DNA of 64,000 nucleotides from Eledone cirrhosa (Eukaryota): NCBI GenBank assembly GCA_964016885.1, contig OZ024743.1, positions 115,010,001 to 115,074,000 of the forward strand, read 5' to 3'. Shown piece by piece: positions 49,330 to 62,024 of this stretch (position 1 is its first letter; each line of letters starts with the position of its first letter). The notes under the pieces were generated by a model. It saw only the letters and a program-made list of their open reading frames with translations, ran no database searches and was not told where the DNA came from. The position numbers and the translations under genes were made by a program.

Positions 49330-52300
49330 GTCTGCTAGATTCATTGTGGGTAAAAAACGATGCTATAAGCTTTTCTGGGTGGGAAATGACGATGGGCTGG
49401 GTGGAGTAGGAATCATGGTAGCAGAAAAGTGGGCAGATAAGATAATAGACGTAAATAGAGTGAACGACAGAATAATTAAAATAAGACTTGTCCTCAATAG
49501 AACTACGGTGACAGTAATATCTGCATACGCACCCCAATCCGGACTGCCCGGCACTATAAAAGACAGATTCTATGAGACACTGATGCTCACTACCTCCCAA
49601 ATAACCGACAGTGACTATATAATTATTGCAGGCGACCTAAATAGTCACGTTGGACAACATTGTGACGGCTACGATGGAATCCATGGAGGCTATCGGTTTG
49701 GTACTAGAAATGAGGAAGGCTCCAGAATCCTGGAATTCTGTGACGCAAATAACCTAACTATCTGTAACACTAACTTCAAAAAACGAGACAATCACCTGAT
49801 CACCTATAGATCGGGGGAACACACAAGCCAGGTAGATTATATCCTTACCAGAAGACGTGACAGAGTGTCTGTTGTAAACACTAAATCCCTCCCCCATGAA
49901 GAATGCACCTCCCAACATAGACTGATAATTAGTGACCTAATAGTCAGGACGAGACGTACTAGACAGCAGAAGAGGACTATCCTCAGGAGAAAAATATGGA
50001 AGCTAAAGGACCCCACAGCCAGAAATAAATTTAAAAGCATACTACTTGATGCTTTCGACAGTAAGGAAGAGCAATTAGAGTCGTACAATATAGAGGAACA
50101 GTGGGAATTCCTGAAAGCAAACCTGCTGATGGCGGCAGACGAAGTCTGTGGCTGGAGCAGGCCTGTAGGCAGGAGGAGAGTAACATGGTGGTGGAACAGT
50201 AAGGTGGAGGGGTCAATTAAGGCCAAAAAGCAGGCTTGGAAAGTATGGCGGGATGGGGGAAGTAGAGAAGACTATCAAGTGGCCAGGAGGGAAGCCAGGA
50301 GGCAAGTGTACTTCGCAAGAAGGGAAGCAGAGGAAAGAAAGTTCAAGCATGTTCTACAACGCGAGGACCAAAAACGTGAGATGTTCAGGATTGCTAGGCA
50401 ATGTGTCAAGGAAAACCGTGATATTGTCGGGGAGAAGTGTGTACTTAATGATGATGGCGTACTTGCCATCACCGACACTGATAAGAAGGTAGCTTGGAAG
50501 TGTCACTACGAAAGGCTACTAAATGAGGAGAATAAATGGGAGAAAGACAGTCTCCCCCACATCGACCCAATAGAGGGACCAGCAGTGTTAGTCGAGGGTA
50601 GTATAATAAGTAAGGCAATCAAATATATGAAGACGGGTAAGGCGGCTGAGCCTTTGGAAATAGTTGCTGAGATGCTGAAGGCATCTGGAACGGTGGGACA
50701 CACCATGGTCACCCGGATAGTAAACCAAGTCGTACAGAATGGGGTTGTTCCGAAGGACTGGCGTAGCAGCATCATCATTATCTGTTATAAGGGTAAAGGA
50801 GATGCCCTAGATAGGAGTAACTATAGAGGCATTCAATTAATCGATCAGGTCATGAAGGTCACGGAAAAAGTAATAGCGCAACTAATCAGAGAGAGAATTG
50901 ATCTAGATGAAATGCAGTTCGGGTTTGTGTCAGGCAAAAGTACTACAGACGCTCTTTTCATTGTACGACAACTACAGGAGAAGTACCTAGCTAAAAGTAA
51001 ACCCCTATACTTAGCTTTTGTCGACTTGGAGAAAGCCTTCGACAGAGTCTCCCGTTCCATTATCTGGTGGGCTCTTAGAAAACTAGGTGTTGACGAATGG
51101 CTTGTGAGAGCTATACAAGCCATGTATAAAGAAACAGTCAGCAAGGTTAGAATTAACAACGAATATAGTGAAGAGTTTAGCGTAAAAGTTGGTGTCCATC
51201 AGGGCTCTGTTCTTAGCCCCCTACTATTTATTATTGCCCTTCAGGCTATAACAGAGGAGTTCAAGACTGGCTGCCCATGGGAACTCCTATAAGCAGATGA
51301 TCTAACGCTCATAGCTGAATCAATGGCCGAGCTAGAGAAGAAATTCCAAACATGGAAGCACAGCGTAGAATCAAAAGGCCTTAAAATTAACCTGGCTAAG
51401 ACTTAAGTTCTAGTTTGTAAGAAAAAAAATAAAGCGGCGGTCCCTTCCGGGAAGTGGCCATGCTCAGTGTGTAGGAAAGGTGTAGGTAGAAACTCCATTT
51501 TATGTCCCAAATGCAAAGTATGGGTGCATAAAAGATGTAGTGGGATCACAGGTAAGCTAACTAAGTACATAGATTTTACATGTGACCGGTGCTCTGGTGC
51601 AATAAGTAGCAGCAAGTGCCCACACAATACTAGATCTTTCAATTGCGCAGAGGGTTCTATAGAAATAATGGACAGCTTCCGTTACTTGGGTGACAAAATC
51701 AACAGTGGGGGAGGGTGCTCTGAAAGTACAGTAGCTAGAGTCAGAACTGGATGGAAAAAGTTCAGAGAGCTTATACCACTATTAGCCGCTAAAGGGTTCT
51801 CCGTAAAAATGAAAGGCAGGTTGTATGATGCCTGCATACGAACAGCAATGTTGCATGACAGTGAGACCTGGGCATTGTGTGCAGAGGATATACGCAGACT
51901 AGAGAGGAACGAAGCTTGCATGCTCCGCTGGATGTGTAATAGTAATATACGTGAACAGCAAAGCATAAACGAACTAAGGAAAAAATTAGAAATAAGAGGG
52001 ATCAGATGTTGTTTACTCGAGAGAAGGCTACGTTGGTATGGTCACGTGATGCGCATGAAAGACGACAGCTGTATAACAAAGTGCAGGGCAATAAAGATAG
52101 ACGGTAGCCACGGAGTAGGCAGACCCAGAAAAACCTGGGACGAGCTGATAAATTCCGACCTCACACACTTACACCTCTCCAAGACAATGTCACTGGACCG
52201 AGAACTTTGGCGGTACTCAGTAATAGAGAAGACCCGCCTTACCTAAATACAAAGTAAAACCTACTACAGTCAGTAGGCATCTCTAACAAAATACTCCCCC

Positions 52301-52600
52301 CCCCCTCTTCAATGTAAAGTTATGTTGGTGCCAGAACATCCAGGTCGAAACAAATGAGATCGTGTAGATGTCACGACAAAAAAACACACAGTCCACGCTG
52401 TAATGTGGCCGTGTAGGCAAGACGGTAAAAACCTCCCAGCCCCACACTGTAAATGTGGTTGGTGTTAGGAAGGGCATCCAGCAGTAGAAAACCCGCCAGA
52501 CAGTCCTATGCGAGCAAGTCAACCACTCTTGCCTCAAATGAGAAAACTCTCGTTTACTGGTTTGAGATCTGATGAGTGTGAAGATGTGTGTATGTAATCT
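49327..52600 (+). mobile_element. near-complete RTE LINE copy C (APE endonuclease, RT and PHD-like finger); two nonsense codons, no frameshift
   Basis: ORFs 49346-51292 and 51467-52246 are in the same frame. APE motifs SAYAPQ, GDLN, QVDY, SQH. RT motifs DLEKAFD, HQGSVLSP, L*ADD, FRYLG. The 5' end is cut at (TA)n. Confidence 0.95.
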
Positions 52601-52734
52601 TGTCTTGTACATCACCTTTCTTTATTTCCTTTTTACCGTCAATTCTATGTGCCAACACACTTCTTGTCCTCCTTCTCTTTCAGTCATTTCTATATTTCAT
52701 CTGCCACCCACATTGTTGATTTTTACTCTTAAAA

Positions 52735-52897
52735 ATTAAATCGACCACAGTGCCTGACTGATACTTTATTTTATCGACCCCTTAAGGATGAAAGGCAAAG
52801 TTAACCTCGGCACGATTTGAACTCAGACCGTAAAGGGACGTAACTCTATACTGCAAAGCATGGTGTCTGGCCCTCTACCGATACTACCAATCCACCT
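52735..52897 (-). mobile_element. Nin/Deu tRNA-SINE
   Basis: Reverse complement of the family consensus. Confidence 0.85.
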
Positions 52898-53689
52898 ATA
52901 TTTCAGTTCTATGCACGACAATGCTTTGGAATCACTGGCTTAGGATGATCGGCCTCATTGAGCAAGAGCCAGAAGAGAAGAAGTTTACATATCTTTTCTG
53001 TCTATGCTTCGCTTAGAATATGCAACCCTCCTCACTCCATATACATCTATATAAATGCATAGAATTTAGAGTAAAACCCCTTATTTTCCTTGATTCATTG
53101 CTGTTTGGAAAGCTCTACAAGTAATGCAAAAGTTTTACTTCTACTAACTCTCAAGTTAGTTCATTAATATACTTTACTATTTCAGGTCTCTTAATATTGT
53201 TCTGTTTTTAAAAGCTCACTAGTTCTTGTATCAGTACTTTTCCTATGATTTTCAATCAAAAATTAAAAATATTCAATCTGCCTTAATTTTCTTCAAATAA
53301 AATAATTTTTTGTTTTAAAGGCTCTCTCCAGTCCTTCTGTCAGTATTCATGCTCACATTTTCCTGCCCAAACACCACCATAGTCATTTGGACCAATCAAA
53401 TCTAGCAGCGCAAATACGTTTCACTCTAAACACAATTTCTATCACAAAAGCTACTTCTACTACTATTCCTCCTAAACATTGTTTTGGACCTGGTTGTTGT
53501 TTTGTCTGATAAATGGACTACAGAGTTGGAGAGTTGAAGCACTCCTAAAGATGAATATGAATCCAGTTCCCATCTCCGGACATCCACGAGAATGCTCCCC
53601 TTTATATCAGGCATGAAAAACCAAAACCAATACCAACTCATCTCTTACTCACCTCCCCAAACTTTCTTCTCCTTCCTCCCACCCTTCCA

Positions 53690-56240
53690 GTGAACTCCAT
53701 AACTTCAGAGCTGGTATCATCAATATGGGCATGATGAAAGGACGATCAGAGGAGATTATAGAAATGCTTGAATGAAAGAAAGCTGATGTATAGAGTACAA
53801 GAGTGGAGGGGTGGGTCAGCTAGATTTCTTGTGAGAAAAAAAAAAGATGCTAGAATTTTTTCTGGAATGTCAACGGGTTGGGTGGAGTAGCGATAATATT
53901 GGCAGAAAAATGGCTAGATAAGGTAATTGCTGTAAATAGAGTGAACAAAAGAATCATTAAACAGAACAATCATGTCAATTATATCTGCTTATGCACCCCA
54001 AACTGGTCTACTGGATAGAAGAAAGATTCTATGAGACCCTAATGCACACTACTTCTCAAATAAGCAGTGGTAACTGCATAATCATTGCTGGTGACTTTAA
54101 TGGGCATGTTGGTTAACACTGCCATGGCTTCAACAAGATCCACAGAAGTTATGGGTTTGGTGCTAGAAATGAGGAAGGTTTCATCATCATCATCATCGTT
54201 TAACGTCCATCTTCCACGCTTGCATGGGTTTGGACAGGAATTTTCCCACTTGAGGCAAGATTGGTTGTCTTGCTCGTATAGGACTATCTGACAGGTTTTC
54301 TATGGCTGGATGCCCTTCCTAACACCAACCACGTTTACAGTGTCGACTGGGATGTTTTTACCGTGTTACCTACACGGCCACATTACAGTGTGGACTGTGT
54401 GTTTTTTTGTCGTGACACCTACACGACCTCATTTATTTCAGACTGGATGTTTCAGGCTCCTGGAATTCTGTGATGCCAATGATCTATATATATATGTAAC
54501 ACAAACTTCAAAAACAAAACAATCACTTGATCACCTTTAGATCAGGGAGCATACTAGCCAGATGGATTTTATCTTTACCTGAAGATGAGACAGAGTAACG
54601 GTTGCAGATACAAAGTCCCTTCCTGTTTAAGAATGTACCTCCCAACATAACCTAATAGTTAGCAACTTTGTAGTTAGGGCTAGACAAACTCAATGACAGA
54701 GGACAACATGGAGGAGAAGAATGTGGAAGTTGAAGGACCCCAGAGCCAATAGCAAATTTAGAGGTATGTTGCTTGATGCTTTTGACAGCAAGGAAGAGCA
54801 AATAGAGACATACAATAGAGAGGAGCAGTGGTAATTCCTGAAAAATAAACAACTGAAGGCGACAAAAGAAATCTGTGGTTGGAGTAGGTCTCTAGGAAGA
54901 AGTAGAGTGATTTGGTGGTGGAACAGTAGAGTTGAGGAGGCAATTTAGGCCAAAAGATAGGCAAGATAGAAAGAATGGTGGGATGGGAGAAGTAGAAAAA
55001 ACTACCAGGAGGCTAGGAGAATAGCTAGGCAAGTAGTGTACTTTGCAAGAAGGGAACCTGAAAATAAAAAAATAAAGCATGTTCTGCAATGCAAGGAGCA
55101 AATGCTTGGGGTGTTCAGGATTGTGAGGCAATGTGTCAGGGAAAATTGTGATGTCATTGGAGAGAAGTGTGTCCATATTTGCCCTTACTGATACTGAAAA
55201 GAAGGTAGCATGGAAGTGCCACTATGAAAGACTACTGAAAGAGAATGAATGGGATGAAGATAGCTTGCCCCACGTTGACCCAACAGTGGGACCGGCTGTG
55301 CAATTAGCACTACTATAGTAAGTAAAGCAATCACGGATATGAAGACAGGCAAAGCAGCTGGACATTCGGGGATAATTGCCGAGATGCTGAACCCATCTGG
55401 GATGGTGGGTCACAACTTAAAGATACGTATTGTAAACCAGGTAATAATAAATGGTGTCATACTGAATGATTGGTGTAGCAGCATCTTTGTCAACTGCTAC
55501 AATGGCAATGGAGTTGTGCTAGACAGAGAAAACTCTCGAGACATTAAGTTGGTTGTCCAGGTTATGAATGTCACAGAAAGAATTATTGCACAGCTGATTA
55601 GCGATCAAATTAACTTAGAAGAAATGCAGCTTGAATTTGTGCCAGGTAAAAGTATCACAGCTGTTCTATTCCTTGTAAGGCAACTGCAGAAGTACTTAGA
55701 TAAAAGTAAACCACTCTACTTAGCTTTTGTTGACTTGGAGAAAGTCTATGACAGAGTCCCCATTCTATTATTTGCTGGGCTCCTAGAAAACTAGGAGTAG
55801 TTGAGTGAATTGTGAAGGCTGTACAAGCCATGTATAGAGGAACAGTCAACAAGGTTAGAATTAACAATGATTACAGTTAAGAATTAAGCATGCAGGTTCA
55901 TCAGATGTCCTTAACCCACACCTGTTTATTATTGCCCTACAGGCTATAACAGAAGAGTTTAAGATTGGCTGCTCATAGGAACTTCTGTATGCAGATAATC
56001 AAACCTTAATAGCTGAATCTATGGCAGAATTAGAGAAGAAATTCCAAACCTAGAAGCATGGTCTAGAGTCAAATCATCTTAAAGTTACAGTGTCAAAGAC
56101 TAAAGTCCTAGTATGCAGAAAGAAAAACAGGGCCTAGATTCCCTCAGTGAAATGGCCTTGCTCAATGTGGAGGAAAAGAGTAGGTAGAAATTACATTGTA
56201 TGTCCCAAATGGAAACTAGGGGTAGAGAAGAAATGTGTAG
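53690..56240 (+). mobile_element. RTE LINE copy D (older, many stops) including the APE N-terminus
   Basis: Collinear with copy C. Starts RAGIINMGMMKGRSEEI and contains LYADN. Confidence 0.9.
54181..54450 (-). mobile_element. RTE 3'-UTR fragment nested in copy D
   Basis: (GAT)n tail, 3' UTR motif ggttggtgttaggaagggcatccagc, and an apparent TSD GTTTCA. Confidence 0.8.
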
Positions 56241-56779
56241 TATGTAGCGAGAGCCACAATTTTAGTGGTAGTGGTGGTGACAGAGATAAGATTAGGGAAA
56301 TACAAGCCTACATGTAAAAGTGCATGCGCATATGAGTGCTCACATATGTGCACACATACATTATGGAAATATGTATGAAAATGATACTAAATATAAAATT
56401 ATAATAATAAATATATGGTAGAGAATAAATCTAAAAAGAAAAGTTTGTAATAAAGGAAAAAACCATTCAAAATATAAAATTAAGATTATATTTATCTTAA
56501 GACTAAGTATAATTACGTTACTTAATGATTAAAATATAGAGAGTATATGAGTAGAATATGAGTAAATATAGAGAAGTGTCATTTAAGAATCGAAGAAAAA
56601 AAATTAGCATTTTCAACACAGAGCATATAGATAAATCTGCTTTGCCATTAGTTCCTGTCCTACTCACTCCCACATTTCTGATCTTCTCCGGCCATTTGAA
56701 GAATGTCTTGATCTTTTGTTGCATCTTCTTTGTTCTCCTCCAGATTCTGTGGAGGAAGTGGAGCTTGATTGGACACACC

Positions 56780-57000
56780 CTCAGCAAACTAGCATCTAAT
56801 ACCACACACCAAGCCCTAATCTTGAACCTGCAGGATAAGAGGAAGAAAGGCCAGCACGGCTGCAGCTGGAAACATGACACTGAGGCTGAATTAAGAAAAC
56901 TGGAAGCTAACTGGAGTGGAGCAGTGAGAGCAGCCAAGGATCATGTAGGATGGCAGAAGGTCGTCAATGACCTGTACTCCAGAGAGTGTGATGAGGCTGA
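56780..57000 (+). mobile_element. 3' end of another RTE family
   Basis: KWSLIGHTL...KRKKG.....W......W......A.D...W. Confidence 0.65.
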
Positions 57001-57359
57001 GGGAATGAATATAGAAAAATGTTTGAAATCAGTGTGAACAATTTGATGGGACGGAAATGGAAAATTAGCTCACCAAAGCTGATTTATAGGCCCTGGAAGT
57101 TGAAGTGCAAAGAAAGAATGTTAATGCTGTAAGAAACTTAGATGATGCGAGCATGGAAAGTTGGAAGCATAGAAGTCATAATTGTTTCTAATATTGGCAC
57201 AAGGGGAACGCGGTCATATGCCTTTTCGAGGTCGACAAAACAATACTCCCATGATTTCTTGAAGATCTACCGCAGTGTGAATATTTAGTTGGCTGTGCTG
57301 CATCTGGGACGAAAACTGCACTGTTCATTATCATCATCATCATTTTACATCCGCTTTTC

Positions 57360-58690
57360 TTGTCGTTTGAACTTGACAATGATATAACTCAGCTCAGAAA
57401 ATATCCAGGTAAAATTGAGGTATGGCATAGAGGAAAATGGAAGAAGGCTAAAGTAAGGGAGAATCAATGTATGGACATGAGATATAAAATAAAGTTGAAA
57501 CGTTTGAATGTAGTGCTGGAAGAAGTAAGCAGCGAATTAAGGTAAAATCTAATTGGGTTAGGTGCTATGCAAATAGACAAAAATAATATGAACAGAATAG
57601 ATTGTTCACAGCAAATAAGGAAATGTTCTTTAGAACACTGTTTAGGGGAATTGGTGCAGAAGTTGCATGCCAAACTGAAAATCTCCTGGACTGTATGGGC
57701 TCCAATGATTCAGGTGGAAAAAATGTTTAAATGTTCATTTAAGGCTAACTAAATAAGTTCCAAGTTGTATGGATGAAGGAAGACAACTTTAATATCATCA
57801 TCATTAACATCATCACTGTTTAATATCTATTTTTCCATACTTGCATGGGTTATGAAGGATAAAAAGAAAGGTCCATTAGTTGAAAATTACAGGCCGATTG
57901 CTTGCTTGAATTTTTTTTTTTAAGCTGTTGACTGGCAGAATGAGATACTACCCATTAAGCAGAAGGAATGTAGGAAAAACTCTCAGGGAACAAAAGACCA
58001 TCTTGCTGTTGACAAGGTGATCATGAATAACTGCAAAAGATGCCTAAAATATGTATCCATAAGAAAGCTTCTGACATGGTCCTAAATTCATGGGTACTGA
58101 AATGTTTGAGATAAGATAAGAAAAGAGCAAATGGAGGCTGAGGTTTGATCGGGATAGAATAGAAATGGAAGCATAGAGCAATGTTTGCATATGCCCAGAG
58201 GTATTACTGAGGGCAGTGAACAGAGCAGGTTTGTTAGGATCTAATACGGGAGGCAAAAGTAAAAGAAAGGTACAGAATGAACATGAAACTTCATGTGGGC
58301 AAGACACTACACAGGCAGCTCAGAAAAGCAACTGATGGTGTGAGTGGAATGAGATCATTGGGATTGGCTAAAGAAGGGGTATTTAAAAAAGGAAACAGAA
58401 AACAATAATTGCATAACAAAATTAGACAATTTGCACAAATAACATCTGAAATGCAGTATATGGAGAAGATGTATCTCCTGGGTTGATTGTGTGGCAGTGC
58501 AGTTGAAACAGTGGCACACATTGTCTTGGAGTTCCCAAAACTTGCTTAAAATGATTATAAGAAGGTAAGACATGATAGCGTAACCAAAATAATCCACTGG
58601 AAACTGTGCAAGATGTGGGGATTTGACAAGACAAACAAATGTACATGCACCAACCGCAGAAAATGGTTAAGTTTACTTTCAGACATTTTG
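57360..58690 (+). mobile_element. degraded R4/Dong-like non-LTR fragments
   Basis: ENYRPIACL, GTKDHLAVDKVI, WDWL..G.LKKETE, ETVAHI, KVRHDSVTKIIHWKLC. Confidence 0.65.
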
Positions 58691-58749
58691 ATTCCAAATT
58701 CTATTTCCATAGGCAGAACTTCCCTAGTTCTTTTATGGATTCAGCTCTA

Positions 58750-59870
58750 AGGGCCAAATCGTCTGCATAAACAGCTGGTCTTAATCTCCTCGGTTATGGT
58801 CTGGAGAACTACAACGAATAGCAATTGGCTAAGAACTGAAACCTGATGAACTCTTACCAATAGCTTGAATTCCTCACTAAGGTCACTTCCTACACACATT
58901 TTACTGACAGCTCCTCTGTACATGACTTGGGCTGCTCTCTCAAGCCATTCTTCTACACCTAATTTCTTTAAGGACCACCACATAATAGATTGAGGTACAA
59001 AAGGTTTCCCCCACGAAATGAAGAGCAGTTTGTATGTATACAAACAGCAATGTTGCATGGTAGTGAGACCTGGGTGTGGTGGGCATAGGAGTTACAAAGA
59101 TTGAAAGGAAATGAAGCTTGCATGCTCCAATGGATATGTAACAGTAATATACATGAACAGCAAAATAGAAATGAACTGAGAGAGAAACTGAACGTAAGAG
59201 AGGTGAGACACAGTGTGTAGGAGAGGAAATTGCGATGGTATGGCTATATGAACATTAACAGCTTTATAAAAAGGTGCAAGGTGTTCAATATTGATAGAAG
59301 CTATGGAATAGCAAGACATAGGAAGGCTGGGGATGAGGTGATAAATGCTGACCTTGCACAATTGCAACACACAAGATCTCTGATGTTATGCAATAATTCA
59401 GAAGACCTGCTTACAATGTGCCTGGGATGAAGCATACCTCTAGTCCTAACACTCCACCATTCATCAGCTAAGTGCCCCACTCTAGACCTACCTCTCGAAT
59501 ACCCACCCTATATACACGCACCTCCCCACCCAGTTCACACTTATAGGGTTAAAGCCGCCAGTCCACATAGTAAAGTAGCTCTTTTGGAGCTATGACAAAA
59601 TGCGCCAAGTCTACATTATGAAATGGGCGTGTTGTTTTTACGAACAAAAAGCGAACAACCTACAATGTAAAATGGTAGTTTTGGTGCCAGGATAACAAGC
59701 ACCATATCCACACTGTAAATGTGGTTATTGTTAGGAAGGGCATCCAGCCATAGAAAACAAACCAGAAATAGTTATGTATGAGTGAGACACGGTCATCTGA
59801 CCTGACTTGACTCACAAACGGACAGCTCTTCTAACCTATGTTAGCGTGGAAAAATGGACATTAAAGGATG
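58750..59870 (+). mobile_element. RTE LINE copy E with an inverted 5' segment
   Basis: 58750-59000 is RT on the minus strand (WWSLKKLGVEEW, VHQVSVLS). 59015-59870 is the C-terminus and 3' UTR on the plus strand. Confidence 0.8.
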
Positions 59871-59918
59871 ATATATATATATATATATATATAATCTACA
59901 GTAACTGGACGTTATATT

Positions 59919-59976
<58 letters not shown>

Positions 59977-61109
59977 TGTACCGCCGGTATTCGCGGAATT
60001 TTCCTTAGAACCTAGCTAATAATAGTTCGTGAAAACCACCGCATATTCGCGGAATCGTAAATAACTTCCCGGATGTTGTTTATGGCTTTTTCGTGGGAAT
60101 ATATATATATTTTAACACTAAAATATACCGTATTTGCCGGCCTATTGGACGCCCCTTCGGATAATACGTTCCCTCTGTTCTTGTTATATTTTGACGTGTA
60201 TAGACATTTCTGTGGACCACGCCCAATAGGTGCTCTAAGAACGTAATCCCTGCGAATATCGGAAAAGGGGGGGGGGGAGAATGTATAGAAAGAAAGAGAG
60301 CGAGATAATCTGTGTCGAAGTTAAAGGAAAAGACAACATATATATATCCTATTACATATACAACATTGTACACAAAGGTTTTTTACAGCGCGAACATGTT
60401 TTATCTCCATAATATAAGATTTAAAAAATGTGTTGTAATGTACGGAATTAGTTGAAGTGTGTGACCCTCAGACAACACATATGCAACGCGTGTGGCCCTC
60501 GTGGGATCCTGTTTGAGATACCTTGTCTACAGGCTCTCATTGTGTGTAATATGCTGTTGTTTAATCCCAGATTAGTTTTGATAAACCTTCCAGTCAACTA
60601 TTCTATCATTTCAGGGTTATCTTGAACTTACCCGAGTTAAAGTATTATTATCATTATTTTCAAAATGTAATATGTAATTGTCGCCAGACAGACTGTTATA
60701 TCAGCCTACTCGTTGGTGGTTTGGTACAATTTCATTCGTGACATTTAAGCTATTTAATTAACCATTACGCATCTAGAACCAAATTATCATTCCTTTTTTT
60801 CTCATGTGTAAGATTTTTATGGTATTTATCTATTATTTCGATATGGAGCAATGTAGTAACATTGCTTCATAATATCTAAATATAAACAATGTCTCAATAC
60901 TGGAGGTTCATTAGACCAGTGTTTATCCTGGATTCCTTGGCGTTAAGCGACTGAGAGTACAAATTACTTCCTTGAACAGAGTTTATTAGGTATGGTCATA
61001 ATTATACTTTTTAACTTCCGAAGTAAACGTCGCACAATAAAAAGCTTATAAAACGTACATTCTATAATGTATAAATAAAGAGAATATATTGTAAGTAAAA
61101 AAGGGTAAC

Positions 61110-61176
61110 CTTGCTGTGCTGAGATCAATCCTGTTCCTAGAAAACAAAGTACGAACACACACATAAAGCTTGCCAT
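61110..61176 (-). CDS. DUF4773-like secreted protein, exon 1 (signal peptide)
   Basis: Kozak context GACCATGG. Encodes MASFMCVFVLCFLGTGLISAQQ. The phase-1 donor AAG|gttacc is weak but matches the phase of exon 2. Confidence 0.7.
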
Positions 61177-61344
61177 GGTCAGAGTGATTTGTTTAATTAT
61201 GACCTCGCTGTTTACAGGAGCGGTGTAAGAGCAATTTCATAGATATATTTTATTTGTTCCGGTAAAAATTCGCCAATTACAAACAAGAATAAATGGCGCC
61301 TTTGTAAACAGATATATATGGTACTTTTGTTGTAAATCAATTAA

Positions 61345-61537
61345 ATAATGGTTTCTTTTATAGGCACAAGGCCAGCAATTTAGGTGGAGGAGGAAGTCGA
61401 TTAAATCGACACCAGTGTGTGACTAGTACTTTATTTTATCGACCCCGTACGATGAAAGGCAAAGTTAACCTCGGCGGGATTTGAACTCAGATCATAAAGG
61501 GGCATAACACTATGCTGCAAAGTATGGTGTCTGACGT
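61345..61537 (-). mobile_element. Nin/Deu tRNA-SINE just upstream of the gene start
   Basis: Reverse complement of the family consensus. Confidence 0.85.
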
Positions 61538-62024
61538 TGTATTAACATAGCGTGATTCATAATATACTATGTTTTCGTTTAATGATCTCGCTATAAACAT
61601 TTTAAACTATTGCAGTAGCTGTTGGGGTATTTGTTACAGAGTTACAGTTTAATATATATATAACGTGTGGAAGTGTTGTACTCCCTGTCAACCATTCCCG
61701 TCTGACGGGGAGAGTTGACAGGTCTGGTTAAGTGGGTGAGAGATGTCTTCTCTTGTTAAAATGGGTATAGCTTTCATTACGTAAATTCTCCCCAATTTGC
61801 CTCATTTCTCCTCGTTTTGGGGCACCTTTTTCATGGTACTCCCCATTTGGGCTTTTAGAGGTTGGCAGGTCTGCTTAACATCAACGAAACCTGGCATGGA
61901 TTAGAATTAGGATCGTGAGGGCCTGTAATTAATTAACTAACTGAGTAATTAACGCGCAACATTTCATACATATACACATACATACATATATATGCTTTAT
62001 CTATCCATCCATGTATACATACAT

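Noticed and set aside
59972-60530. Tc1/pogo- and hAT-like MITE ends
   Set aside because: TIR-like starts are visible, but I could not pair them or find TSDs with confidence.
60893-60970. alternative exon 2 giving a short peptide (GSNLYSQSLNAKESRINTGLMNLQY*)
   Set aside because: The acceptor is weak and there is no recognisable motif. Splicing to the DUF4773 exons explains the signal peptide better, but this option is not fully excluded.
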